DNA of 63,281 nucleotides, filler included, from Squatina squatina (Eukaryota), in assembly GCA_031763465.1 (NCBI GenBank). It is 4 parts of 4 records of this genome, joined end to end, with 100 filler letters (N's around TTAATTAATTAA, not from the genome) between each part and the next. Parts side by side here need not be neighbours in the genome. Positions count along the whole stretch, not along the records: positions 29,396 to 42,946 come from JARFOE010000234.1; positions 43,047 to 63,281 come from JARFOE010000194.1; 2 more parts are not named here. One strand, given 5' to 3'. Under the pieces are notes generated by a model. The model was not told the origin of the DNA and did no database searches. It saw only the letters and a list, made by a program, of their open reading frames with translations. Below are positions 37,478 to 50,700 of the stretch, one piece after another (position 1 is the stretch's first letter; every line of letters begins with the position of its first letter). The translations under genes and the position numbers were made by a program.

Positions 37478-40400
37478 TAATTTGACAGCAACTGCCGTTC
37501 TTAAGTCAGAGGAAACGATAAGGATGAAACTCAGTGACATATCAGTACGGGTACTCTTCTGAAGGTGGAGCTAATAGTAGAGAGAGCTTTATTCTGCAGT
37601 TGTCTGTGCCATTCCTGACCGAGAAGTGCTTGATGTTGGCACTGAGTGGTGAAATGAAAAAGTGTTCCAATGCTAATATCCCTTCCTTTAGTAAGCAGAA
37701 GAATTCACAAGACAGAGGAGATTTACATCCCATCCTATTGATACTGAACATTGCATAAATACAGATTATCTAGAGTTGCGATGCATTTCCATCAGTCAGC
37801 CCAGGCTGAGTTTGAACCTAGGTCCTACTAGAACAGTATATTAACCCACTGTGCCACCCAATCAGCAGTATTTCAACACAAGTTTGACAGCACCGCCCCC
37901 CTCTCTCCTCCCCACCCGCCTTGTTTTATTGTTTCATGTTTTAAAATCATATTAAAGAGAGTTTTGGATTTTTGAACTTAATTAAAATAAAATATTTTTT
38001 GAAAAATGAAAACCCTGAGGTGATAAAAATAACTTTACATCAAAAAAGACAAACATTGTTTTCCTTCAAAAATTGTTTTTTTTAATCAATCACTGAAACA
38101 TGTAGAAAAGTGCACAATACTCAATGTGAAGGTTTATTTGTACACTACAGGAGATCTAAAATTAGATTGAAAGCCATAATCTGAGGGTAACATGTTCAGA
38201 TAGTTAGTTCAGTTCTGAGCATTTGAGAACAGATGTGTCCTCCCAGGAGCAAAAAGTGGTTGGAATTAAGACCCCAAGAAACATTTTAGGCACCATCTTT
38301 GATAAGACTGTGTTGTTCGATTAAATACTCATGACTGCATAACTCACATTCTTATATTCATTTAAATGGCATTCAATATGAAAGATAAAATATCCGTGAG
38401 ACTTTTTTTCCCCATTTTTATACAGAAAACAAATCACAGTGGAAGACTCAAAGAAGTCTGCTTTGATTAGTAAGATGGTTTACCACTGTGCAGCTATATT
38501 TATATATTACATTAGTGTGTAGAATGCAGGAAATAAATTATCAACACTTCTATTAGATGTATAGAAAGTTAAGAACTTTTTTTATAAAATCGTGTCATAG
38601 CAAAAAATAGATATAAATGTTCTAAACAAATTTATCATTGATTTCCTTATTGAANNNNNNNNNNNNNNNNNNNNNNNNNNNNNNNNNNNNNNNNNNNNNN
38701 NNNNNNNNNNNNNNNNNNNNNNNNNNNNNNNNNNNNNNNNNNNNNNNNNNNNNNGCACTTTTCTGCTGCAAATTGTTCTCGACCATTGTAACTTCACAAT
38801 GAATTCTTCAGATCATATCATCGGTTTTCTCTGCAATGTCTCTTCGAACCTTACGTTTAAAATGGCTTTGTTGCAAATTACAGCGTCTCTATAATAGGAT
38901 ATGTCGGAAAACATAATTCTCAAAGCAATGGGGAGAACAGCTAAGTTAAAGGAAATCCGTTGTCATTTGAAGGAAGAGGCAGCAATTACTTCTGAAAGCA
39001 CATTATTTCACACGTAAGCAATGGAACGATGCAAGCTGATGAGAGTGTTTTTCTGCTACTAATTAGTACAGAAGGAGACGGATCAACAGCTCAAAATAAA
39101 ACAAACCTTTTAAATGCACTGATTTTTGGCCTATTGTAAAACTCAGTGAATATATTATTGCATTCATTTTTTTAAATCATGAAAACAGCCTACTTCATAA
39201 GTCAAACCTTAATTTCAAATGCAGAAAACCTGGCTATTCTTCAACGTTAACAATTCAAGGCTAATGATAAGGCCTTTAACTATCAGGTCCTGCAATGCTT
39301 ATGGAGACAGAGGGCTGACACAGGAGCGGCTTGAAGACTTCTAATTCCAGCCAGGAACTTTATTTATTCGTACAGTGATCCCACCCTGTATTGCTTTGAA
39401 AAATGCAAAGCACATTCCAAAGGTGGCAAGAGAGTAAAGCAGATTAAGTTCCAGCATGCCAGCCCATCGAACTGTTTTTTCCTTATTCAAAATTCTGTTA
39501 ATATATTTAGCTGTTCTTAAGAAAATAATCTAAACATCAGAATGTGCCAACTGCAGTCTTAATGGGAATTTAAAAAAAATGTCCAGAACTGAACTATACA
39601 GAACAAAACATAAATAAGACTGTAATAAATAAACAGGAGGCTTAAAAGGCACAATTCTAAGAATATCACTGTAAATACTTTTTTTTTACATATCAGACAT
39701 ACACATGCAAGCTGAAACAGTATCCTTCATTACTTCATTTAGTTCTACATTAAATAGTCACAGAATTTACAGCTTAATGTTGACCTAGTAAGATGTTACT
39801 GGCACACCTTCTAGTAGTCAAATACAAGTGAAGACAGAAGAAAGCAAGGATGACCTTGCTGTCAAAGTAATGTCAATATGAGAGAGGAGGGTAATACTAT
39901 GTGAGAGAAGATGGTGCACATCCAAAAGGAAAATAATTTTATTTTTGGGCACCATCTTCACAGGAACATAAGGTAAACAGAAACATGAGTTCACACCATG
40001 AGACACANNNNNNNNNNNNNNNNNNNNNNNNNNNNNNNNNNNNNNNNNNNNNNNNNNNNNNNNNNNNNNNNNNNNNNNNNNNNNNNNNNNNNNNNNNNNN
40101 NNNNNNNNNNNNNNNNNNNNNNNNNNNNNNNNNNNNNNNNNNNNNNNNNNCTGCCACAGACCATTGTTGAAGTAGAGTCCATATGTTCTTTTAAAAGGGA
40201 AGTAGATAGTTGCTTGTAAAAGAGAAAGAGCAAAGGGTATGGTAAGAGAAGGAGAGTGGCATTAGGCTAGTTGGCTCATGTGGAGTAAAACATCGTCATA
40301 AACTTCAGAGACCAAATGGCCTGTTTCTGTGCTGTAACATTCCATGATTAAATGGTATGCTTGATTTGTGAACAATTTTACAGAAAGAACATGGTACTTA

Positions 40401-40849
40401 ACAAGATATTTTGCAGAACCTTCCATCGCCTCCCCCCAAATACAATGCACATTCAGATATTGGAATACATATTGCTCTTGTATAATGTTCTCGCTCTGAG
40501 AGCTTTATGTGTCTGATGCTTGTTTTCCAGTATACATCTTTTGTCCCACCCCTCCCCAGGGTGGGTGGGGTGGGGAGAGGTGCTTTGGTCATGATGTGTA
40601 GCAACTTTGTAAATATGTTCAAAGAGAATATGCTTACAATTTCGCTATATATAACGACCATAGCAATTCTCCCTCCATTCCCCAGGTAAGATGATATTTC
40701 AACAGTCCACTTTCTGGTCTTTTTACTAAAACCTTATTTTGTTCAGTAAGGTACATAGTTAAAATATCATTTATATAATCTAAAAAATAAATGGATGATC
40801 AGAGGATGAAGTACCAATGTATACTTAGTTCCTTGCTGAGTTGCATCAC

Positions 40850-41195
40850 AGATAATGTAGTGGTGCTAGTACTGGACTATCAGTTCCCAGGTCGTGATTT
40901 TAAATCCCACTGTGGCAAGTTTAGGAACTGGATTCAATAAATTTGGTAATCTGTGGGCTAACACCAGAAAAAAATTACCATGAAGGCTGTCAGATTGTTG
41001 TAAAAACCCAATGTCCTTCAAGGAAAGGGAAGCTGCCACTCTTACCTGGTCTGGCCTACACGTGACTCTAGACCACTCTACGCGGTTGACTTTTAATGGC
41101 CTAGCAAGACATTCGGTTGTGCAAACAATAGTTTACGGATGGGCAATAAATATGGTTTTGTTGGTGTTGTCCAGTTCCCAAGAACAAATCTTTTA
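40850..41195 (+). mobile_element. Near full-length tRNA-head SINE
   Basis: A-box-like 'gtagtggtgctagtactggact', B-box-like 'gattttaaatcccac', a body shared with 29495-29745 and tail 'ggatgggcaataaa'. Confidence 0.75.
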
Positions 41196-41629
41196 AAAAA
41201 GGTAAGACTGTTCATGGAAGCTGCCATCCTTGTAATGCACTCTTGGGAGATTTTTTATTCTACATATGATTATTTTGCCTATAACGACAACATTTGGATA
41301 ATATTTTACTTGCATTTATCCAGAAAATGCATTTAAGAAAAACGGGCCAGGGTCAATCTTTAATGAGAAATTGGAATATATCAATATTTCATAGGGATCA
41401 GGAGAAAACAATAACAATCTAACCTAAAGTTTTACTTTTCCACAACCATTACCATTTATACACGGACTGTAATAACATGGGTAGTTCACTTTGCTCCCGA
41501 GCTGCTGAATATCAACTGATGTTCGAGTTACGTGTGCTTTTAAGCCTGGTCTGTTTTAACCCTTTGAGAACTGCAGTAACATGTTACATCGATAAAGGAA
41601 TAAAAATCTATCTCTCGTTTTTAATTCCT

Positions 41630-42030
41630 TCCTCCCCGCCTACCTGACTTGTACCATGGTCTGGCTCCACAGACACTAGCCGCCCAACTAGGAAGCTTTG
41701 GAACACTGCCCAAGTGCAACCTCTTCACCTGCCAGCCTGGACAGTGAGTGTTGGCAGATCATTTGATGATGCTGAAGGGGGAGATGGGCAGCACAGCTGA
41801 ATCTCACCTCATCCAAATCCACACACAGGCACTTTCCAATCAGTCGGGAACCACAGGATAATTGGGAATCCTGATTTATGTTTGCCCTGCCTCTCTACCT
41901 CAGGTACACTGAGGACAACTCTGGCACTGCAACTGCTGGCCTGGGAGGGAACAATTCATTTGGCACAGGCTGGGAATGGAACCTGGGGTCTTTCTGGCCC
42001 AGTTCCAGGGACTTATTCAGCACTTTAGGG
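41630..42030 (-). mobile_element. Old tRNA-head SINE (family of 43750-43965)
   Basis: The minus strand has 'ccaggttccattcccagcctgtgc' (B-box-like) and 'ggaaagtgcctgtgtgtgga', similar to 43750-43965, 50100-50230 and 50755-50870. Confidence 0.5.
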
Positions 42031-42410
42031 ATCTGTGCACTTTAAAGGTGGGATGCCCTTGTTTTTGGGAGTTTGCGGCAATTGCTCCAAGAAAGGAAAC
42101 ACTTTCATCTTTTAAAACTGTAAATCGCAAATTTTAAACTGGCAGATTAGAGATTCTACTGAGCAACGCCAATTAAAATCTACGACTCCCTTAATAATAT
42201 TCATCACGGGAAGTTTACAAATAAACCAGCCCTGCAGATATTCTCCAATCGAAAATACGTCATTTGAAAACTCCAAACCAAAAGCAGTGCTCAAAGGGTC
42301 AAATGTTAATTTTTGGCTTTTGCGAAAGGAAGCGGCAGCAGTGGCACACACATTCACAAGGTCACGGAGGTGCGATGCTGCCTCCAGCTCCAGAAAAACC
42401 AAGCAAGGAG

Positions 42411-42917
42411 AGAAACCTACATTTTCACACCCCTTGTACAAAAATATTCTGTGCTTCACAGCCACAATCACAGTCTGATCTTATGAAAAACATTGACAAA
42501 GAATACAATATCTTTTGTTGAACGGGAGAGGTGTGGAAGGGCGGGGTAGGGGAAAAGACTTTTCTTCTAAAATGCAGTGCTGATCAACGGTCAACACTGT
42601 CCACTTCACCTAGGAAGGAGTTTTAGACTCACCACCCACAAGGCCACTCCCATCGCTGTGCGGAGGTGAGAATAGATGCACGGGGTGGGGGAAAGAACAC
42701 TGAGGCGTCGGTGGAAGGTGAATACCATGCAAACATTGGTCTCAAAATGCACTGTCACAGAATCGAGAGGAACACGCGTCAAAAAAAAGAAACCTACATT
42801 TTCACACCCCTTGTAGAAAAATATTCTGTGCTTCACAGCCACAATCACAGTCTGATCTTATGAAAACATTGACAAAGAATACAATATCTTTTGTTGAACG
42901 GGAGAGGTGTGGAAGGG
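42411..42917 (+). repeat. Pair of ~130-bp direct repeats (42411-42541 and 42788-42917)
   Basis: agaaacctacattttcacacccc...gggagaggtgtggaaggg occurs twice. The copies differ by one substitution and one A-run indel. Confidence 0.95.
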
Positions 42918-42946
42918 TTGGTGGGGGGGGGGGGGGGGTGGGGGAA

Positions 42947-43046
42947 NNNNNNNNNNNNNNNNNNNNNNNNNNNNNNNNNNNNNNNNNNNNTTAATTAATT
43001 AANNNNNNNNNNNNNNNNNNNNNNNNNNNNNNNNNNNNNNNNNNNN
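42947..43046. other. Artificial scaffold-join linker
   Basis: TTAATTAATTAA at 42991-43002, flanked by 44 N on each side. Confidence 0.97.
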
Positions 43047-43749
43047 TAGAGGCAGAAACCCTCATAGCATTTAAAAAGCACTTGGATATGCAAGGCTACG
43101 GACCAAATGCTGTAAAGAGGTGTTTGGCATGGACACGAATGGCCTCCTTCTGTGCTGTAACTTTCTATGATTCTATGATATTCAGACCACCCTTGCCAGT
43201 GAGCCAGCAAATATACTCTACTACAGGAGACTTGACCTTGACCTTCATAAGGAAAATACAATAACACTTGCAAACTGCAAGCAAGTGTCACACTTCTGCA
43301 CCTATTTTCTATGATCGTGCGTCCCACGATCAAACCTCCAGGAACACGTCCAACCAGAGCTGGCAACCTTGCATACCAAAATTACTGTTGTTTAATGTGG
43401 GTTGTGAATATCAATAGGAAATATTGGCATGCATACTGTAAAGCTGTAGGCCTTGTTATTTTATTCTTAAGGGTCATCGTGTGGTGTTTATTAAGTGCCT
43501 CAGATCCTCCAAAGAGTGCCAGGAAAGGATACGCAGGTACTTCCCTTGTTGCATGTTTGATAGTTGCCACACTTCCTCGTTTAGGAATGAAATGGTTGCT
43601 CCTTTACGAAATAGAAATTGACTATCTGGTGGATCTAGCTGTGAAAGTAGAAATGAATGGGTTTAAAAAGAGATACCAAGTTATAATTTAACAATAACAT
43701 CTTTTTTGCATGCTCCAAATCTCTACTAAGATTTCTGCATGCTCCCCAG

Positions 43750-43965
43750 ATAGCTTAGCTAGTTAAGGTAATGAACATTTAAGTTATACAGACCCGGACG
43801 GTCCCAAGTTTGATTTTAAAGTCTGTGCAGTGTTAGCTGATCTGATGGTAGTAGGGATGCAATAACTGGGCTCGGCACCCCTGATTTATAGGGGGTAAAT
43901 TGGTCATGCTTCCGTCTCCTGATCATTACCCAGTGACCCTTGCTGGAAGAGTGGTGTGTGTGTGT
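43750..43965 (+). mobile_element. Old tRNA-head SINE, 5' half
   Basis: 'gatagcttagctagttaagg...ggtcccaagtttgat...ctcctgatcattacccagtgacccttgctggaag'. Truncated by a gap. Confidence 0.5.
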
Positions 43966-46665
43966 NNNNNNNNNNNNNNNNNNNNNNNNNNNNNNNNNNN
44001 NNNNNNNNNNNNNNNNNNNNNNNNNNNNNNNNNNNNNNNNNNNNNNNNNNNNNNNNNNNNNNNNNCTCACAGCCATGATGCACTTGACATCCTCAACACT
44101 TCACTCATCAAGCACTTCTGTCCCCTTTGAAGTAGGCTCTGCAATGTGGTGAGGCTGGACTCCAGAGCATTGCGACAATGGAGAAACAATTGAGCAACTG
44201 CACACTCTTACACGTGCAGTTGTTTAAAAGCCAATCATTACTTTTATTTTCTGACCAAGGTCCTTTTGGAAAAAATGCATTGCATGCCTGCTGGGTACGC
44301 AGTGTACAATTCGATTCCTTATCTGTAAGGCCACTGTTGCAGTTTTATGGAAAAATGGATGGAATTGGGGAACAATTCCATAAGCAGTAATACAAACCCG
44401 AGAGAATCCTAAATAATAAAAATGGAATTTGACTTATTTAGCGACCATAAAACAGTGGCCTGCTCATCTGGTCTGAAAAAATTCTGGCCAGTACAGAGAC
44501 TTGGACTACCAGTTTCTGAGGTACTTTCTTGGCTCCTCCAGAGGCAGCAGCACAACCTGATATTACAACACCATTGCCAAAGTCACCACTAGCACAGCAC
44601 TATAATATAAACAGGGCATTATTTAATAGTCTGACAAATTCATCTCAGACAAGGGGGAGAAAATACATTTCTGGCTTTTCTAGTCAGTTTCAGTTAGAAC
44701 ACAGAAGCTTTATTGAAACTATGGATCACATTACTCAGAAACAATGACTTACCTACCAAAGGTTGTCTGATGCCTTAGGAAATACAGCCATAAATGGAGC
44801 AAAGACAGGAAATAAAGAGAGAACAAAGTGAAGCATTGAAAAATTATCCATCAAAGCAGTAAAAAAAGTCAATACATGGTATAATTCAAGTATTTGTACC
44901 TGAAGCATGATAGATACCAAAATCTAAGAAGACCACCTTCATTCATAAACTAGAGCAATATAGCATTATTTAACTGCGATAACATATTCAAGATGAGGAG
45001 CAATTAAGTGTGCAATCTATGTACTTTGTGTACTTGATATTTTTATGCCTCGATCAGGTATAGATTTAGAATGTATTTAGTTATAAATACTGACTGAGTC
45101 TCTCACCTTAATGCAGTTTAACTACTTCATTATACCCTCCTTTGCATATTATATAATAAAAAAAGTGTACTTCAAATTACTGATGTTGCAATAATGGAAG
45201 ACTGGCACAATATAAACTGGGAATGCATTAATGAAGTGAGACCATCGAATCAGAACTTTCTGATGTAATGCGCAAAAGGACCTGACTAGAGGTAAGTCAC
45301 ATCTAGGCGAGACTCTTACAAGTGATCAGGAAAGGTAGATAGAAATGATGGAGCTTATAAAGACTGTTGACAACATGATTAAGATAATCTGGCGATCAGC
45401 ATAGTAAAAACTTGGTCAAAGATTTATGAATTTAAAAAAGACTCTGTAAATTAAAAGATTCCTCTTCTAAGGAGTGAGGGACAAACAGAAAAACAGGGAA
45501 ATCTACCAACAGGTAGAGTGTGAGGGGAAATGAAACTTCGAGAACTATAATGTTGAATATACAAAACAGGCAAGTACCCAAGAAAATTATAAATTGTAAA
45601 CAAGCTGGCCTAAAACTGGCTGTATGTCAATTAAAATGGAAGAAAGAAAAACAAAATATACGAAGTCTACAGAGAAAAAGTAGAGGGAAGAACTCTGAAG
45701 GAAAGAGGAATTTACTAAAACAGCTGAAAAGAGACATCAGAAGTACAAAAAGGAGTAAGAATAGCTGAAATATTTAGCATATCAGAATTGGAGGATAATT
45801 TGGAGAATTCAAAAAGACAAAGGAATGTGAAATTAAAGATAAAATGCTCAAAATATTAAAGTATTTTATAGACATGTTCAAGAGAGGCAAGCACTAACTT
45901 ATCAATTCAATACAGTATACACGATATAGAGAATTTCAAAGTCAGCGTTGTACTTGCTGCAGTTGTAGTGCGAACGCATCCTAACTTATCAGTGAAAAGC
46001 AGTTTCACTTTGCACCAACACTGCAGTCATCAATAGTGCCATCAAACAACATCTATTCATCAATAACTGCTAACTGATGCGGAGTTGGGGTTCCACCGGA
46101 ACNNNNNNNNNNNNNNNNNNNNNNNNNNNNNNNNNNNNNNNNNNNNNNNNNNNNNNNNNNNNNNNNNNNNNNNNNNNNNNNNNNNNNNNNNNNNNNNNNN
46201 NNCAGCCTCCTAGCATCCTCCTCACAGCTAACACTGCCTCCCAGCTTTGTGTCATATTAAAAACCACACGGACAGTGTAAATATCTAACAATGAAATCAG
46301 TGTAAAAGGAACAAAGAAGCTATTGACAAAATGAAATACATGCCATGGAGGTAGGATGGATCAAGAAGGTCAAACAAAGACCCTCTAAAACTGAGTTTAA
46401 ATTATGCACAAGATCTACTAATGACATCAGGAAAGTTGGAAAGATCAAATTGTGAGTTCTCAGGGCAAAACTTTAGAGAGCCAAAAATCACAGAAAGCGA
46501 TAGCTTTGCATTATGTCACTGGAAAACAGGACAGTGTGATAATCCTAACTGTCCCAAGATCATGTGACACCAACAGTGAACAATTTTTTTTTTTAAAAAA
46601 GAGAATAAATCTGTTCATGACTCACCCGATCTTACACTTTAACTGATTAGGCTTTTAATACGTAC

Positions 46666-46799
46666 ATTTGCTCCTTCCATTACTAGCACAGTTGTTCCAG
46701 CACTGGCGTGAGAGTGTGTGTGCAGGGCCATATATGCACGCAATCCATCACGAATAGTCCCTGCAGCATCCACCCAGCTCACCTTTTCCGGTTTAGTTA
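46666..46799 (-). CDS. CRYZL1: Quinone oxidoreductase-like protein 1, one internal 134-bp exon
   Basis: aatgcag|TA ACT AAA CCG...GCA AAT|gtacgt = [44 protein letters not shown], versus human [26 protein letters not shown]...VLIMDGAS. Divergent from ITSN1, as at human 21q22. Confidence 0.92.
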
Positions 46800-47247
46800 C
46801 TGCATTTAAAAATAAAATAAACACGTTAGAAAAAGAGTGTACAAAATATACTTGTAAAAAATGTTCTTTTTCTTTTCCCTGTATGTTCAATTATAACTTA
46901 TATTTATGAAAGGAAGTGAGACACAAGATGGGTGAAGTGACAGAAGGCACAATGAGGCAGGTTTGTGAAGATTTCTGAAGGCGGACATTTCCCACAAGCC
47001 ATACATTAGTCCAAGGGAGTGTGCACCAAAGTGATCTACTGTAACTCTTCATCGAAGAATAAACCTGAGGATTGGGAGTAGTTTAGAATTCAGCAAAAGA
47101 GGACAAAGGGATTGATTAAGAGGGGGAAAATAGAGTATGAGAGTAAGNNNNNNNNNNNNNNNNNNNNNNNNNNNNNNNNNNNNNNNNNNNNNNNNNNNNN
47201 NNNNNNNNNNNNNNNNNNNNNNNNNNNNNNNNNNNNNNNNNNNNNNN

Positions 47248-47745
47248 TTATCTGAGGAAGGATGTTCTTGCTATGGACGAAGTGCAGCGAAGGTTCACCA
47301 GACTGATTCCTGGGATGGCAGGACTGACATATGAAGAGAGATTGGGTCATATTCACTAGAGTTTAGAAGAATGAGAGGGGATCTCACAGAAGCCTACAAA
47401 ATTCTAACAGGACTGGACAGACTAGATGCAGGAAGAATGTTCCCGATGGCGGGGGAGTCCAGAACCTAGGGGTCAAAGTCTAAGGATAAGGGATAAGCCA
47501 TTTAGGTCTGAGCTGAGGAGAAATTTATTCACCCAGAGAATGGTGATCCTGTGGAATTCTCTACCACAGAAGGCAGTTGAGGCCAAATCATAAAATATAT
47601 TCAAGAAGAAGTTAGATATAGTTCTTATGGCTAACGAGATCAAGGGATATGGGGAGAAAGCAGGAAGAGGGTACTGAATTTGGATGATCAGCCATAATCA
47701 TATTGAGTGTCGAAGGGCCTACTCCTTATATATAGGTATGTATGT
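47248..47745 (+). mobile_element. CR1-clade (HER1-like) LINE 3' end
   Basis: 'gaggaaggatgttcttgctatgga...gcagcgaaggttcaccagactgattcctgggatggcaggactgacatatgaagagagattg...gagtttagaagaatgagaggggatctc', running to the tail. Confidence 0.88.
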
Positions 47746-50700
47746 CTCTTCAGCTCTTTAGTATAAAGAGATCATTCTGAGAAGCAATCAGGAAAACATG
47801 GAGAACAACTGCAGGGTTTCGCAACTTCAAAAGACACTTTATGGGCTACACAGTTGAATGGGAACAATTAGCTATAAAACCATGCGTTAAAGGGAAACAA
47901 TTTATCACAATGCTGATCACCCACATGTGGTATTTTGAGTATGAGTGGCTGTGCATTTTTTTTTGCTCCATTCAGCTTGTCACAATTTCCACAGCAACAG
48001 CCAATCACTGCAGGGCCTCTGGCCATTGTCATAGAAATCATGGCTATCCAACCAGAAAATGTGCTGATAGCACACACACACACACTCAGTGAATCTACGC
48101 AATTAACTCTATGCGTGAAGGCCTTAATTTAATTAGGAACACTATAGATGTACTGATGGGTTACAGCTGCTGAGGTGGTGCCCAGAACTGGAAGAATGAG
48201 CACGTTCACTTGCTTCCCTGCTTAGTGAAAAGAGGTCAGACAGATACAGCTTTATGAGGACAGAGCTTCCATTTTCCAAAACAAACTGAATGTTTACTAT
48301 AAAATTGCAGGCCCCTGCTGGAATACCAGGGAGTCAATATTATTTTCATATTTATTCCATTAAGTTCCACAATCATTACAAGTTGATCTCTAATGGCATT
48401 GCTCGTGGACAAAAATACTTTTCTCTTCCTGTAACAATCTGTCTCCACTTGTTAAATCCTTCTGTCAGCACGGCATCTCTCTTCCTGTTGGTTTTCTCCT
48501 CTCTCTACGACTCAGATAATTTCTCGGGGGTATTCTTTGTATCTCGGTTTACCCACCATTCTTTTTCTCACTTTTTCTCTCCTTGCTGTCTCCCTTTCCC
48601 TATTTTTTTCTCCTCTATGTCTCCTGCTCTCTCGATATGCCTTCCACAAATTTTTTTTTCCCCTTCTGTGCAACTTTCTCTCTCTGTATGTACATCTCCC
48701 AACGTTGGCCTCACGTACAGTCTGTCACTGTCAAATAATGGAATTGTTCCATTTTAGATGTTTGCTCTCTGATCATAAATTATTCCACAGCTGATGAATT
48801 ATCCCATATTCACTGCCAGATCACTAATTTCTCCTTGATCCTCAGCAATTCTTATAACGCTGACCTTCAGCTGGCAGGTGGTGTCTTTCACTTCTTTGAT
48901 CTTCACCTTCAATACGGCAGTAACATCAGAACACATTTCTCCTCAGCAGCTCCAACGAGGAGAAAAAAAGATCAAAATGCTTCACTGCCCTGGGACTGCC
49001 AGCTAAGAAACCATGTGAGAGCGAGGCTCTGGGCTGTGCCTGGGTAATGAGTATCTACACATTTCTAAATCCCATACTGAGAGAGTGTTTGGGCTTGGAA
49101 GAATAGCAGTGGAGCCAGCAATAAAGCAACATNNNNNNNNNNNNNNNNNNNNNNNNNNNNNNNNNNNNNNNNNNNNNNNNNNNNNNNNNNNNNNNNNNNN
49201 NNNNNNNNNNNNNNNNNNNNNNNNNNNNNNNNNNNNNNNNNNNNNNNNNNNNNNNNNNNNNNNNNNNNNNNNNNNNNNNNNNNNNNNNNNNNNNNNNNNN
49301 NNNNNNNNNNNNNNNNNNNNNNNNNNNNNNNNNNNNNNNNNNNNNNNNNNNNNNNNNNNNNNNNNNNNNNNNNNNNNNNNNNNNNNNNNNNNNNNNNNNN
49401 NNNNNNNNNNNNNNNNNNNNNNNNNNNNNNNNNNNNNNNNNNNNNNNNNNNNNNNNNNNNNNNNNNNNNNNNNNNNNNNNNNNNNNNNNNNNNNNNNNNN
49501 NNNNNNNNNNNNNNNNNNNNNNNNNNNNNNNNNNNNNNNNNNNNNNNNNNNNTTTCTATAATTAACATTCTTGCCACCTTTTTCCACAAGAGCAAAATTA
49601 ACACTTCTTTACTTCATCCACATCTATGAAAGAAGTATAAAGACAACTACAGATCTCATCGGAAAAAAAATTACATATCATTGCACTGTATCTAAACATA
49701 CCAAGACTGTGTTCATGAACCAGCAGAATATTGGACAGTCCAGACTCTCTACAATCCAAAGGCAGAATACCTGCGAGATGGGCAGCACAATGGGCACACA
49801 TTAGCATTGAAATTTAAAGCAACATTTGCAGAAATGTCAAACATGTATTGTCTTTACTTACCAACTACTTCATCATTTGGTTTAAAGAAGCTCACTTTTG
49901 GTCCAACTGAAACAGTACATTCAAGAATATCATGATATATAGATTTCAAACAAATGGGTGTGTATTACAGACCACTTAATATCATCTATTATTATCTGTA
50001 AACATGAAATAAATCTCACAATCGGGAACTCTGACATCAAACTGTTGAAAAGAAAAACTTTCCGATTTTTATCTCCTCCCAAGGGTTCATTTTATTTATC
50101 CAGTGGTTAAGTGAGCTATAAAAACCACAAAAGTTCCAGTTTTGATCCTCAGTCTTTTGAGTTAGCAAATCTCAACTAGGGTAAGGCTGGGGTGCAAATA
50201 TTGGCCTCAGCACCTTGGGACAGGGACGAGTCAACTAACCAGGGTTCCCACTTTTAATAGCCGCGTCGCAACATGAGTGAGAGTTGTTGTATGAGGACTG
50301 TGATACCCCTGTGGAAGAATAACCCACCAACATGTATTTTCAAGACGCAGATATGAATAACTGTTATTTTGACAAGGGACTGGAGGGTGGCTGGCCCCTG
50401 TAGAAACTCCAGCAAAGAGCAATGCCTTTTGGAGAAGGGAGAGGAGAAAAGTAACAAAACACTGCCTTCTTTTTCACTTTGCTTTCTGTTGATTTTTATT
50501 TTTGTTACTTAATTAGTGATCGTGATTGTTGGCAATTTCAGTGATGGGAAAGATGAAAGAAGGATGTGGAGGTTTACTATGTCCAGCAGTACGAAAGGAC
50601 TGAATTCACATACACACAATTCACCATTTAATCAGTATTCCAGAATGACGAAGAGGATTAAAAAACAATGGTTAAGTTGTCAGAACTGTTCTCCTCCCTC

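Noticed and set aside
48290-48794. 155-aa hydrophobic ORF resembling a membrane protein
   Set aside because: It arises from a low-complexity C/T-rich tract and has no family motif.
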